IMG/VR virus record: IMGVR_UViG_2706795407_000001
Location: 26,461 to 90,460 of that record
DNA length: 64,000 nt
Direction: 5' to 3' (one strand)
Source of the DNA: a virus
Taxonomy: Duplodnaviria; Caudoviricetes
Shown: positions 27,350 through 36,418 of the stretch, one piece after another
Layout: the number at the start of each line of letters is the position of its first letter
Numbering within the stretch: position 1 is the first letter of the stretch
Notes under the pieces: generated by a model
What the model saw: only the letters and a program-made list of their open reading frames with translations
The model's database searches: none
What the model was told of the DNA's origin: nothing
Translations under genes and position numbers: made by a program

Positions 27350-28075
27350 TTGAAGGTTGCGCTGATCGCTGCGACACAAATTGATGTTGGCGCGCTCAAG
27401 GGTATTGGTTATCGGCCTGCCGATTTCCACGATGATGGTGATGATGTTTTCGGCGATTATGATGCGGATGAGCTATCGGAATTCGCTGGCCGCAACTGCT
27501 ACCGCTCGTTCGACCGGCCCAATCCCGCCACACGGGAGAATGCTGACTATCTGAAGCACATCCTCGATGTAAGCCACGAGTCTGTGCTTGAGCACGCCTC
27601 GGCTACGTTCTACATCGAGGCCAGCCGGTCGGTGCTGACCGAGCTAGAGCGACACCGCCACCTGTCGTTCTCGGTTGTGAGTCAACGGTATGTGGACGCG
27701 AATAGCCTGCTGTGCAACATACCGCCTGGCATCAACAACGATGAGGTAGACCCGGACTTCGACCTCTCGGATCGGATGTGTGATTACTACCAAGACGCGC
27801 TGAGGTTCTACAACGAAATTGTTGAGTATCTGACGCGGCAGGGCAAGTCGCGCAAGCAAGCGCGAGAAGCCGCTCGCTCCGTCCTGCCCAACATGACCGA
27901 TAGTCCGATGGTCGTCACCGGTAACCACCGGGCGTGGCGGTACGTGATCAAGGCCCGCTGGCACGAGGCGGCGGACGCCGAGATTCGTGGGTTGGCGGGG
28001 GAGTTGTTGAAGCGGTTGCGGGAGATCGCCCCGAATTGTTATCAGGATATTCCTGATAAACCGTATTCGTATTAG
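27350..28075 (+). CDS. thyX: FAD-dependent thymidylate synthase
   Basis: HESVLEH, RHRHLSFSVVSQRY, GNHRAW. Confidence 0.95.
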   Translation: MKVALIAATQIDVGALKGIGYRPADFHDDGDDVFGDYDADELSEFAGRNCYRSFDRPNPATRENADYLKHILDVSHESVLEHASATFYIEASRSVLTELERHRHLSFSVVSQRYVDANSLLCNIPPGINNDEVDPDFDLSDRMCDYYQDALRFYNEIVEYLTRQGKSRKQAREAARSVLPNMTDSPMVVTGNHRAWRYVIKARWHEAADAEIRGLAGELLKRLREIAPNCYQDIPDKPYSY

Positions 28076-28371
28076 GGGCGTGGTTAATGCGACTTCTGCT
28101 GCTTCCCGTGTTGATAGTTACCGCTGCTGTTCATTCCGCTAGCGGCTGGGTCCTAAAAAAGCTGGAGGGGTGGATGTGAAACATTCTGACGATGGCCTGC
28201 TAAGCCCGCCATTTGAGGGCAGGGTGTTTGTGGGGTGCGGCGCTATCTACCGCCTGGGCGATGGTCCTATCCACATTCTCGACAGGGTAGTGGGGGAACC
28301 CGATTATATCGGCAAGCATCGCCTCGAAGGGGCACCATTCGCGACAGACCGAAAATGATGGGGGGAGTGCT

Positions 28372-28941
28372 TTGCCGTTAGAGTTCCGTTGCCGTTCAGG
28401 TCCGCGCTGCATAGCCAAAACCCCCGACGGCGCGGCACTAGTATCCCGCGACACCCTTTGTCACCAATGCTGTTCCTACATTCAGTCAATGTTGGATGAG
28501 CTGCCCAAAATTCTTCATGTCCTGCCAGCGTGGAAGGGCGGCATTGGCGGGGAGTCAGGGGAGGCTAAGGTGTCGTCCTCAAAGAATGCGCCGCCTTGCC
28601 CGTTGAGGGTGGAGATTGTGGATTTGGAGTGCGAGATTCGCGCGGCGCTCCGCCACATCAAAAAAACCCGCATTGTCGATCTAGTCAATATGCAGGATGG
28701 TTTCTATTGGGCTTTCGTCGTCAGGAAACTGTACGAGAAGGCCGATAAGGCTATTGGGTTGACTAGGCATTGGTCGCCGCGCCTGGCCCCTTGCCCAGGG
28801 TGTGAACAGAGAACTTTGGGCAACTGGGCGGGGAATGACATTATCAACTGTCAATCGTGCGGGACTGTTTTGTCCCGCGATGAGTACATCAAGCACACTT
28901 TGCAGATTGTTGCAAGCCAGAAAGGCAAACCGAGAAAATGA
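28372..28941 (+). CDS. Zn-ribbon hypothetical protein
   Basis: N-terminal Cys cluster and CPGC...CQSC. Confidence 0.65.
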   Translation: MPLEFRCRSGPRCIAKTPDGAALVSRDTLCHQCCSYIQSMLDELPKILHVLPAWKGGIGGESGEAKVSSSKNAPPCPLRVEIVDLECEIRAALRHIKKTRIVDLVNMQDGFYWAFVVRKLYEKADKAIGLTRHWSPRLAPCPGCEQRTLGNWAGNDIINCQSCGTVLSRDEYIKHTLQIVASQKGKPRK

Positions 28942-29642
28942 GTCTCAGTAACCCTCGCGCCACCGTCAGTCCCGTCAAGAAGCATTTCCGGTTCAAGGGG
29001 CAGACCGGTGAAATCGCGTACTACGATAAGGACGCTAAGCAGGAAGTGAAGGTGGAAACCCCCTTCAGATTCACTGTGCTCGATGTCACGTCCTCTATCC
29101 GGGGTTGGGATGATAATTCCCAGTCAGGAGTGTGGGCGAACGAGGTCCGCGACCTGCGATCCGACATTCTGCGTGTCCGCTCCAAGGGGGGGCTTATCGC
29201 CGAAGGTTTATACGCCACGATCAAGGAACGTGTGCGTGGTCGCGGCGGAAAATTCGCCAACATCGCCTACATCGCCTACAAGGACGGCGACGAACTGGCC
29301 ATCGGAACTGTCACGTTCGTTGGTTCGTCCCTGTCGGCGTGGATCGAGTTCACGAACGGTCGCCGGATCGACTCTGATCCCGGCGTGGTGATCAAGGGGT
29401 TCGCGGAACAGAAGAAGGGCGCGACCACCTATTACTCGCCCCTGTTTGAACGCATGGACGTGTCGGGGGAGACGTTGCAGCGGGCATCGGACCTGGATGT
29501 GGAGTTGCAGGCGTATCTGAGTGAGTCGCTGAAGGCCCAGGATGAGGTTGCGCCGCAGGAGCCGCGCGACGAATCGCCGTGGGGCCAGGTTACGGGCTCG
29601 TTTGGTGGCGGTGCAGACCTGACGGCGGCTGCCCCCTTCTGA
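28938..29642 (+). CDS. Putative single-stranded DNA-binding protein
   Basis: Beta-rich core with low-complexity tail ending in PF; located in replication cluster. Confidence 0.55.
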   Translation: MSLSNPRATVSPVKKHFRFKGQTGEIAYYDKDAKQEVKVETPFRFTVLDVTSSIRGWDDNSQSGVWANEVRDLRSDILRVRSKGGLIAEGLYATIKERVRGRGGKFANIAYIAYKDGDELAIGTVTFVGSSLSAWIEFTNGRRIDSDPGVVIKGFAEQKKGATTYYSPLFERMDVSGETLQRASDLDVELQAYLSESLKAQDEVAPQEPRDESPWGQVTGSFGGGADLTAAAPF

Positions 29643-29701
29643 CCTGTCGGTGGGGCGCGCACACCACAATCACGCGCAACAAACTTTCATAGAGGAGGAT
29701 C

Positions 29702-30457
29702 GTGCGCCAGTTTTCAACATGCGCCACGTGTGGCGACATCCTGCAAGTCACATGGGTGGGGCAACTCACTCACCCCACATGCAAACAGACAGATGAAGAG
29801 GTCAAACTTCGGGCGTTCGTGGATGCAGCACAGCGCGGCGACGATAAGGCAGCAGACAAGTTGGCATCCGAGTTGAACGAATCTGCACCTGCGGTCTCGC
29901 TGGGTTCCGCCGCCTTGTGGTACGCGAGCGTTGGGTGGAAGGTATTCCCTTGCGCAGTCGGTGGGAAATTGCCTGCGATTCCCTCGGCCCACCGTAAGGG
30001 TGACCCATTGGAGGGACGGTGCCAGGGCGAGTGCGGGCAGCTGGGGCACGGCTTGTATGACGCGACTTCCGACCCCAATCTCATCAAACAGTGGTGGAGC
30101 ACGCGGGACTACAACATCGGCATCCGCACCGGGCTCACGTTCGACGTTATCGACCAGGATGGCCCCGTCGGCGTGAAGACACTCGCCATGTGGAGCGACG
30201 AAGGAAGCCTGCCCGATGTTCACGGAAAGGTTTCTACCACCCGCGAGGATGGCGGAATGCATCTCTACATTCTCCCCACAGGCGCGGGAAATAAGGCGCG
30301 GATGGATAAACATGAGAACCCTCCTGGCGGGATCGATTATCGCGGCCAGGGTGGATATGTATTAGCTCCTCCGTCGATCGTTGACGGGAAGCGGTACACA
30401 TGGATGTCTAAACCTTCGCCCGAGATTATGGGGAGGGCTCATGCGCAAGCTTCGTGA
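29702..30457 (+). CDS. Bifunctional DNA primase/polymerase (Prim-Pol domain)
   Basis: GWKVFPC, NIGIRTG, DVIDQD, GMHLY, DYRGQGGYVLAPPS. Confidence 0.9.
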   Translation: MRQFSTCATCGDILQVTWVGQLTHPTCKQTDEEVKLRAFVDAAQRGDDKAADKLASELNESAPAVSLGSAALWYASVGWKVFPCAVGGKLPAIPSAHRKGDPLEGRCQGECGQLGHGLYDATSDPNLIKQWWSTRDYNIGIRTGLTFDVIDQDGPVGVKTLAMWSDEGSLPDVHGKVSTTREDGGMHLYILPTGAGNKARMDKHENPPGGIDYRGQGGYVLAPPSIVDGKRYTWMSKPSPEIMGRAHAQAS

Positions 30458-30997
30458 CAGACTGCTAGATTTGCCTGGGCCTTGGTGGACTATTTCGGCG
30501 TGCAAACCGTTCTCGCCGGTCTGTTTACTTGAGACGGTTTTGATGGAATTGTTTCCTATGACGTTCGGGTTTCATTCGCGCAATGTGAGTCATTATCGTG
30601 ATACGTGGGTGTCTCGTTGGCATGACTGGTCTGTGGATAGGTATTGGCAGCGGAAGTACCCGGAGGGTTACGAATAATGGAATTTCAACTTGCGATGATC
30701 ACTACATCGCTGGCTATCATCAGTCTCATTCTGTGCTGTATCGTCTTTAAGCTTCAGGACCTTATTGAGGTACTGCAATGAACGAGCTTTATGGCCTGGA
30801 GGCATCACTCCGAAAAGAGATTGATCGGCTAGTTGACGACATGCGGTTAGGCAACCCATACAGTACGGACGCTTTCTCGTGGGGCGGCGACTCAAGATTT
30901 TTCGATTCATGTTTACCGAAGAGAGAGCATTCAATATCACGCTGGAGCCGCTTCCCACGTTCGATGAGCTTTGGGAGGCTGCGTGAGGAGACTTTGA

Positions 30998-31222
30998 ATG
31001 ATTAGCGACCTGTCTAAAGAAGAACTTGAAGCGCTCGCTAAAGCGGTGGATTTGTGGGACCAGATTTGCTCCGTTCTATCCAAGGTTGAGGCTTACCCCC
31101 GTAACGGCTCTGTGCTGCATATTGACACAGAACGTCAACCAGGCCACCTGGGGTGGATTGGCTACTCAGATAGTGGGGTGGTGGCGTTTCAGCCTTCGGA
31201 GGCCGACCTTGAGATGCGATAG
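30998..31222 (+). CDS. Hypothetical protein
   Basis: 74-aa ORF, RBS GAGGAG. Confidence 0.55.
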   Translation: MISDLSKEELEALAKAVDLWDQICSVLSKVEAYPRNGSVLHIDTERQPGHLGWIGYSDSGVVAFQPSEADLEMR

Positions 31223-31348
31223 GTGCGGTGCCCGAGCCTTGTGGCAAGCAATCTTGCGCAGTGGTAGGGAATTGCTTTTTTGCGGTCACCATTACCGTGA
31301 GCATGAGGTGGGGTTGACTGCTAAGGGTGCTGAGATTAAGGCGGTGCT

Positions 31349-31630
31349 TTGACCGAGAGTCTTATTGCAGAGGTTCGCGCGGCGCTAACACATAAAGTCC
31401 CTGGCGTCGGAGATGTTCCAGCATTTAATATCAGGGCTGAACTCGCGTCTCGCTTATTGGCTGCGCTTGTCGAATCCGAGACGGATCGTGCTGACGCGAT
31501 CGCATCGGCTAACGATTGGGCGGAGCTGTATGCGGATGTTTGCGACGAACGAGACGCCTACAAGCTCGAAATCGAACGCTTAAGGGCAATGCAGCGGCTT
31601 GACGTTAAAAGTCCGTCTACGGGGCAATGA
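31349..31630 (+). CDS. Hypothetical protein
   Basis: 93-aa ORF. Confidence 0.55.
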   Translation: MTESLIAEVRAALTHKVPGVGDVPAFNIRAELASRLLAALVESETDRADAIASANDWAELYADVCDERDAYKLEIERLRAMQRLDVKSPSTGQ

Positions 31631-31639
31631 GAGGGCAAT

Positions 31640-31828
31640 ATGAGACTGCTGAGACTCGTCGCAACACTGGAACTGGACGAGAAACTGTTCCCCGCCGATG
31701 ATGACGAATGGTTGATTGATTGGGTTTTGCAAAATCCCGCCAACCAGAAAGAATGGTTATCCCTGTTCTCTGCCGATGTCGGCGACATGTTGGGTGAAGT
31801 GTCTGTGGAATCGGTGTCAGAAGGCTGA
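31640..31828 (+). CDS. Hypothetical protein
   Basis: 62-aa ORF with RBS. Confidence 0.55.
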   Translation: MRLLRLVATLELDEKLFPADDDEWLIDWVLQNPANQKEWLSLFSADVGDMLGEVSVESVSEG

Positions 31829-31886
31829 CCTAATCGCGCGCGCCCCGCATATATAGAACTTTGACAACAAAATCATTGGAGCTTCT

Positions 31887-32783
31887 ATGGCTAAACTAAC
31901 CATTTCAGGCACAATTCCGGTAGCCCAGTACGCAAACGTAACCCCCAGTTTCGACGTAGAAGCCGATACACACGAGGCTGCGGTAGAACTAGGGCTGAAG
32001 CAGCTCCAAGCCATCTGGGACCGCGTGGGACAGAAGCCTCTGGAGGTCCGTGGCGAGCAGCCTGCAGATCGACCGATGGGCAAGGTCTACACCTGTGTAG
32101 CATCGGGGACTAAGGTCTCGTTCGATAAACGTTCTCATCTTTACGGTGATGGGAAATGGTTGTCGGGGTCGAAGTTTTGCAGCATGTACAAGGCTGAGTT
32201 CCCGGCTGAACTTATCTCTCAGAAGATGGCTGACAAGACCGGAGGCAAGGTTACCGCTGAGGATATCCGCGCCATGTGGGCAAAGAAAGGTGAAGCCTCG
32301 TCGTCCTACGGCACCGCTTTGCACGCGGCCCTAGAGTTGTACGGGGTGTACCGCAACGTTTCGTTGGCAGTGAAGGGCAGCCTCGAATCATGCCTGCATG
32401 ACAATCCAGGTTTGACGCATGTTGTGGAGAAGTTCTTTGAAGGCCGTGATGATGAGGTTGCCTTGTATGAGGCGTTCGTTGCGGACGAGAAGCGTCGCAT
32501 GTGTGGGTTCATTGACCGGTTGCAGCGGGTGGGTGAGAAGTCGGCGCGAGTCCAGGACTTCAAAACCAACACTTCCGTGCTGGGTAAAGAAACCATCCTA
32601 GAACCGTTCAAGGATAAGGTTCCGAACACTACTCTCGGATCGTATTTCCTTCAGCTCTCGTTCTACGCGAACATTCTTATCGGTCATGGTTGGGAGGTTC
32701 CGGGGATTGATGTTTTCCACTGGGATGGGAACGAGTGGGTTACGTACAGTTCGGATGTGGTCGACATTTCAGAGGCTCTGTGA
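31887..32783 (+). CDS. PD-(D/E)XK exonuclease (RecB/Cas4-like fold)
   Basis: GTALHAALE, GFID, VQDFKT, QLSFY. Confidence 0.8.
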   Translation: MAKLTISGTIPVAQYANVTPSFDVEADTHEAAVELGLKQLQAIWDRVGQKPLEVRGEQPADRPMGKVYTCVASGTKVSFDKRSHLYGDGKWLSGSKFCSMYKAEFPAELISQKMADKTGGKVTAEDIRAMWAKKGEASSSYGTALHAALELYGVYRNVSLAVKGSLESCLHDNPGLTHVVEKFFEGRDDEVALYEAFVADEKRRMCGFIDRLQRVGEKSARVQDFKTNTSVLGKETILEPFKDKVPNTTLGSYFLQLSFYANILIGHGWEVPGIDVFHWDGNEWVTYSSDVVDISEAL

Positions 32784-32807
32784 TGTTGTCCTGTAAACTG
32801 TCGCTCT

Positions 32808-34148
32808 ATGGAGGAATACGTGGAGAAGAGTAACGGTCGTAGATATATCGGCAGTGATGTCTACACTGAGGCGCGTAAGCGTATCGCGTGGACGTTCGAC
32901 AACTTCGAGCGGGTCTACCTGTCATTCTCCGGCGGTAAGGACTCAGGTGTTCTCCTCAACCTCGCGTTGCAGCACATGGAGGAGACGGGCGAGACACGCA
33001 AGCTCGGCATCCAGATCATGGACAATGAAGCCAACTATGAGTTGTCCCTAGAGTTCATGCACCGCATGATGCGTAAGCATGCCGACAAGCTGGACATTTA
33101 TTGGTGCTGCCTGCCCATCACGCTTCCCTGCACGGTGTCCAGTTATGCGGTGGACTGGCAGTGTTGGGGGGAGCAGGATAAGGACCGCTGGATACGTCCA
33201 ATGCCTACCGATCCGTACATTGTTAACCTGGAGAACCATCCGTTCCCGTTCTTTAAAGAGAACATGCATTATGATGCGTTTTGGGATGGTTTCTCTGAGT
33301 GGTATTCGCAAGGTAAGTCGTGCGCGAACATGATCGGCATTCGCGCGTCAGAAAGCCTGAACCGTTTCCGGGCGATCATGAACGACCGGAAAGAAATGCT
33401 CGGCGGACACTACTGGACCAAACGAAACACCGAACACACTTACAATGTGTACCCAATCTACGATTGGAAAGGTGAGGATATTTGGATCGCCAACGAAAAG
33501 TTCGACTGGGACTACAACAAGCTGTACGACATCTTCTACAAGGCGGGGATTCCGCTCAGTAAGATGCGTGTGGCGTCACCGTTTATGTCCGAGTCGAAGA
33601 GTTCGCTGGGGATGTATCGGGTGATTGATCCGCACGTGTGGGCGAAGCTGTGTGCCCGCGTTGGTGGGGCGAACTTTGTCGCCCAATACGGTAAACAGTT
33701 GTCTTACCGCTCGTTCACCCTCCCGAAGGGGCACACGTGGGAGTCGTTCACGAAGTTCCTCTTGGATACCCTGCCGGAAGAGGTGGCCGCAAATTTTAGG
33801 CAGCGCTTCGACCAATCGATTGAGTTTTGGGGCTCGGTCGGGCGCGGACTCCCCGAGGACATCATTGCCGACCTGGACCGCATTGGTGTAGATTACCGGA
33901 TCAACGGCACCACACCGCACGGCGGCAATCATTTGCGTCGAGTGGTGATTGAGGTTCCGCCGGATCATTTGGATGAACTGCGAGCCCACCCCAGCATGGT
34001 TACTAGCTGGAAACGGTTTGCGATCACGATTCTGAAAAATGATCACACCTGCAAATATCTGGGTCTGCAGCCTACGCAGGAGCAGCAGGCTAGGCAGAAG
34101 CAGATTCAGGCCAAGTACAAGTCACTGAATGGGAGGGCGACTAAATGA
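32808..34148 (+). CDS. PAPS-reductase-family/DUF3440 protein (YbdN/IbrA-like)
   Basis: PP-loop SFSGGKDS, GIRASESLNR, YPIYDW, C-terminal SWKRFAITILKND. Confidence 0.85.
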   Translation: MEEYVEKSNGRRYIGSDVYTEARKRIAWTFDNFERVYLSFSGGKDSGVLLNLALQHMEETGETRKLGIQIMDNEANYELSLEFMHRMMRKHADKLDIYWCCLPITLPCTVSSYAVDWQCWGEQDKDRWIRPMPTDPYIVNLENHPFPFFKENMHYDAFWDGFSEWYSQGKSCANMIGIRASESLNRFRAIMNDRKEMLGGHYWTKRNTEHTYNVYPIYDWKGEDIWIANEKFDWDYNKLYDIFYKAGIPLSKMRVASPFMSESKSSLGMYRVIDPHVWAKLCARVGGANFVAQYGKQLSYRSFTLPKGHTWESFTKFLLDTLPEEVAANFRQRFDQSIEFWGSVGRGLPEDIIADLDRIGVDYRINGTTPHGGNHLRRVVIEVPPDHLDELRAHPSMVTSWKRFAITILKNDHTCKYLGLQPTQEQQARQKQIQAKYKSLNGRATK

Positions 34149-35044
34149 AGGTGATCAAGGGGAGTGACCTTGAGTCGATGGGTCGGGCGATGGAGTTCAC
34201 GCCAGGCGGATTCTTTAGTCACCGGTTTCTGCTGGAGGAGGATGGCCTCGGCTATACTGTGACCCGCACTACGATCCCTGAGTGTCAGCCGCAGCGCTGG
34301 CATTACCCCGACCATCTTGAGTCTTGCTACTGCGTTTCCGGTGTTGGTGAGCTGGTCGATTTGAAGACTGGTGAGAAGCATCGGATCGAACCTGACACCC
34401 TTTATGCGCTCGATAAGCATGATGAGCACACTTTTCAGGCCATCGGCGGGCCGGTAACACTCATCTGCATGTTCACCCCCGCTCTGCGGGGGAATGAGGC
34501 GCATAAGGACGGGCACGACTACCGGAGCGATCTGTCGCCCGTGTACGCGGTGCGTTCCGTTCCCATTGAGAAGGTGACGGCGAACGATTACAACCCCAAC
34601 AGTGTTGCCCCGCCCGAGATGGAACTGCTGGAAACGTCCATCTGGGAGGACGGTTACACTCAGCCGGTTGTCACGGTGTACGACGAAGAGAATGACAAGT
34701 ACATCGTGGTTGACGGTTTCCACCGTTACCTCACACTGCGGAACTCTGAACGTATCCGCGAGCGCGAGCGTGGAATGCTGCCGGTGGTGGTGCTGCGTAA
34801 AGATATGTCGGATCGCATGGCTTCGACCATCCGCCATAACCGTGCGCGCGGCTCTCACAACATTGAACTCATGTCGCAGATCGTGGCCGAACTGGTCGAA
34901 ATGGGCAAGGGCGATAGATGGATCTGCCAACATATCGGCATGTCGCCAGACGAGCTACTGAGAATGAAACAGGTCACCGGCCTCGCATCCTTGTTCGCAA
35001 ACAGGGAGTTTTCCGAGGCGTGGGAGCCGGAGAGTGACGAGTAA
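34145..35044 (+). CDS. Fusion: N-terminal ectoine-synthase (EctC)-like cupin plus C-terminal ParB/Srx domain (YbdM/IbrB-like)
   Basis: WHYPDHLESCYC and YALDKHDEH cupin motifs; ANDYNPN, DGYTQP, VDGFHR, RHNRARG ParB/Srx motifs; ATGA overlap with upstream gene. Confidence 0.85.
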   Translation: MKVIKGSDLESMGRAMEFTPGGFFSHRFLLEEDGLGYTVTRTTIPECQPQRWHYPDHLESCYCVSGVGELVDLKTGEKHRIEPDTLYALDKHDEHTFQAIGGPVTLICMFTPALRGNEAHKDGHDYRSDLSPVYAVRSVPIEKVTANDYNPNSVAPPEMELLETSIWEDGYTQPVVTVYDEENDKYIVVDGFHRYLTLRNSERIRERERGMLPVVVLRKDMSDRMASTIRHNRARGSHNIELMSQIVAELVEMGKGDRWICQHIGMSPDELLRMKQVTGLASLFANREFSEAWEPESDE

Positions 35045-35408
35045 GCAGATATACAGGATCACATATCCGAACGGGAAAATCTATGTCGGCATGGACTTGA
35101 CCGGGGACCGGTTGTACATCGGCAGCCCCAGTCTTCGGTCAGTCATTGCCGACGACCTCGGTATTGATCCGAACGTTTTCCCGAAACGTCCGTTAGCTCG
35201 TTCGACCGTTGTCGACGGGGCGGAGGATGACTACACGCTTTCGTTCCCGAATTTGGGTTTGACGTTGCGGAAGGAAATCCTTTGGGAGTCTGACGACGCG
35301 TCGGACGACGAGGTGCGATCCATGGAAATGGAGTTGATTCGCGCCACCAGGGCGTGCGACCCCGATATCGGGTATAATCGATCCCCCCGGAGGTGGATTG
35401 AAACTTAA
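35034..35408 (+). CDS. GIY-YIG-family endonuclease
   Basis: QIYRITYPNGKIYVG, conserved Glu helix, GYN. Confidence 0.7.
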   Translation: MTSKQIYRITYPNGKIYVGMDLTGDRLYIGSPSLRSVIADDLGIDPNVFPKRPLARSTVVDGAEDDYTLSFPNLGLTLRKEILWESDDASDDEVRSMEMELIRATRACDPDIGYNRSPRRWIET

Positions 35409-35796
35409 ACAAGTCTGGCATCCCGTTCATCAATGGGAAGAGGTGGCCCACAACATGTGGGGCAAGGTTGACGACAGGGCAGCCTACCTCGAAAAAGCCA
35501 TACAGTTCACGGGCAACCACGAACTGTATGGCTTTTTTATGCGCAGGGTATGCAAGGAATGGCCTATCAGCACCGAAAACGCGTTCACCGATCCCCACTT
35601 GAACCATAAGGCGTGGGTGGGCCATGCGGCGTGCGCGCTAGCCATGGGGTGTCCAGAGGATATAGTTCGTAAAGCGTGGAGTTACTTGTCGGATGAGCAA
35701 AAACTATTGGCAAATTCAGAAGCAAGCGCAGCAATATCCGACTGGCGTAGGGCCTACATCGCGAATAAAGGCCTATGTGAAGATGTGGCAGGATAG
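35398..35796 (+). CDS. Hypothetical protein of the DUF3440 module
   Basis: 132-aa Trp/His-rich ORF overlapping both neighbours. Confidence 0.7.
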   Translation: MKLKQVWHPVHQWEEVAHNMWGKVDDRAAYLEKAIQFTGNHELYGFFMRRVCKEWPISTENAFTDPHLNHKAWVGHAACALAMGCPEDIVRKAWSYLSDEQKLLANSEASAAISDWRRAYIANKGLCEDVAG

Positions 35797-35983
35797 ATGC
35801 TACGGCGACAACATCCCCGATGAGCTGCCGGATGGACTATTGTGGTCGGGTCGAGCCCCCTCGTGGAAAGCTATAGCGATTTGTCTTCTGCGGAATGATT
35901 TCAGGTTGCACAAGTTGGGGTACACGACCGAGCCTGGCGATTGGGCTCGGGCTGCCTTGGAGATGGCGAAGCGCAAGGGGTAG
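35693..35983 (+). CDS. Stand-alone homologue of the DUF3440 C-terminal region (start uncertain)
   Basis: PSWKAIAICLLRNDFRLHKLGY aligns with TSWKRFAITILKNDHTCKYLGL of 32808..34148. Confidence 0.65.
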   Translation: MSKNYWQIQKQAQQYPTGVGPTSRIKAYVKMWQDRCYGDNIPDELPDGLLWSGRAPSWKAIAICLLRNDFRLHKLGYTTEPGDWARAALEMAKRKG

Positions 35984-36099
35984 ACGGGTTGTGGGCGCAT
36001 CCGCACTTGGGGCAGGATTCGCCGAGGAGGCGACCATCTTTCAGGTACATCCATCCCAGTGTGACCATGGCTTCATCTTATCGTGCGGGTGGGCAAAAG

Positions 36100-36135
36100 A
36101 AAATCCCCCTAACCGTTTGGGGCTAGGGGGATTTT
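36100..36135. terminator. Bidirectional terminator
   Basis: AAAATCCCCCTA/TAGGGGGATTTT between convergent genes. Confidence 0.75.
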
Positions 36136-36136
36136 C

Positions 36137-36334
36137 TTATCCGATGATCTCGCCGGTAGCGGGGTGGCGGAGAGGCGGCCGGTTCTTGTATGCCTCGGTG
36201 GCGAACCATGCTTCGCGGGCTTTCTCGTAGCGGCGAACCGGGTTGCCGGTGTAACGTGCGCCGTCGCGGTAGGCGTCGAGGGCGTTGCCCGCGTTGACGT
36301 ATTCGTTGAACACGGCCTGGTCGGTGGGGTTCAT
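36137..36334 (-). CDS. Small leftward protein, paralog of 62063..62359
   Basis: AGNALDAY.DGA...AW.AT..Y.NR shared; own promoter, operator and terminator. Confidence 0.7.
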   Translation of the reverse strand: MNPTDQAVFNEYVNAGNALDAYRDGARYTGNPVRRYEKAREAWFATEAYKNRPPLRHPATGEIIG

Positions 36335-36371
36335 TGCTGCTCCGTCCTTTCTTTTTGATGAATTTTCCCTA

Positions 36372-36407
36372 GCTTAACCCTTGGTTAGGCTAGGTGTCAA
36401 CACTTTG
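36372..36407 (-). promoter_or_regulatory. SigA promoter with operator B
   Basis: TTGACA-18 bp-TAAGCT on minus strand; CTAGGTGT-CA-ACACTTTG at 36390..36407. Confidence 0.75.
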
Positions 36408-36418
36408 ATTAGAGGGTT

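Noticed and set aside
31887-32783. CRISPR-associated Cas4 or CRISPR array
   Set aside because: No regularly spaced repeat-spacer array anywhere in the window; the protein fits a phage recombination exonuclease.
34145-35044. Ectoine biosynthesis cluster
   Set aside because: No ectA or ectB in the window, and the cupin is fused to ParB/Srx within a DUF3440 operon.
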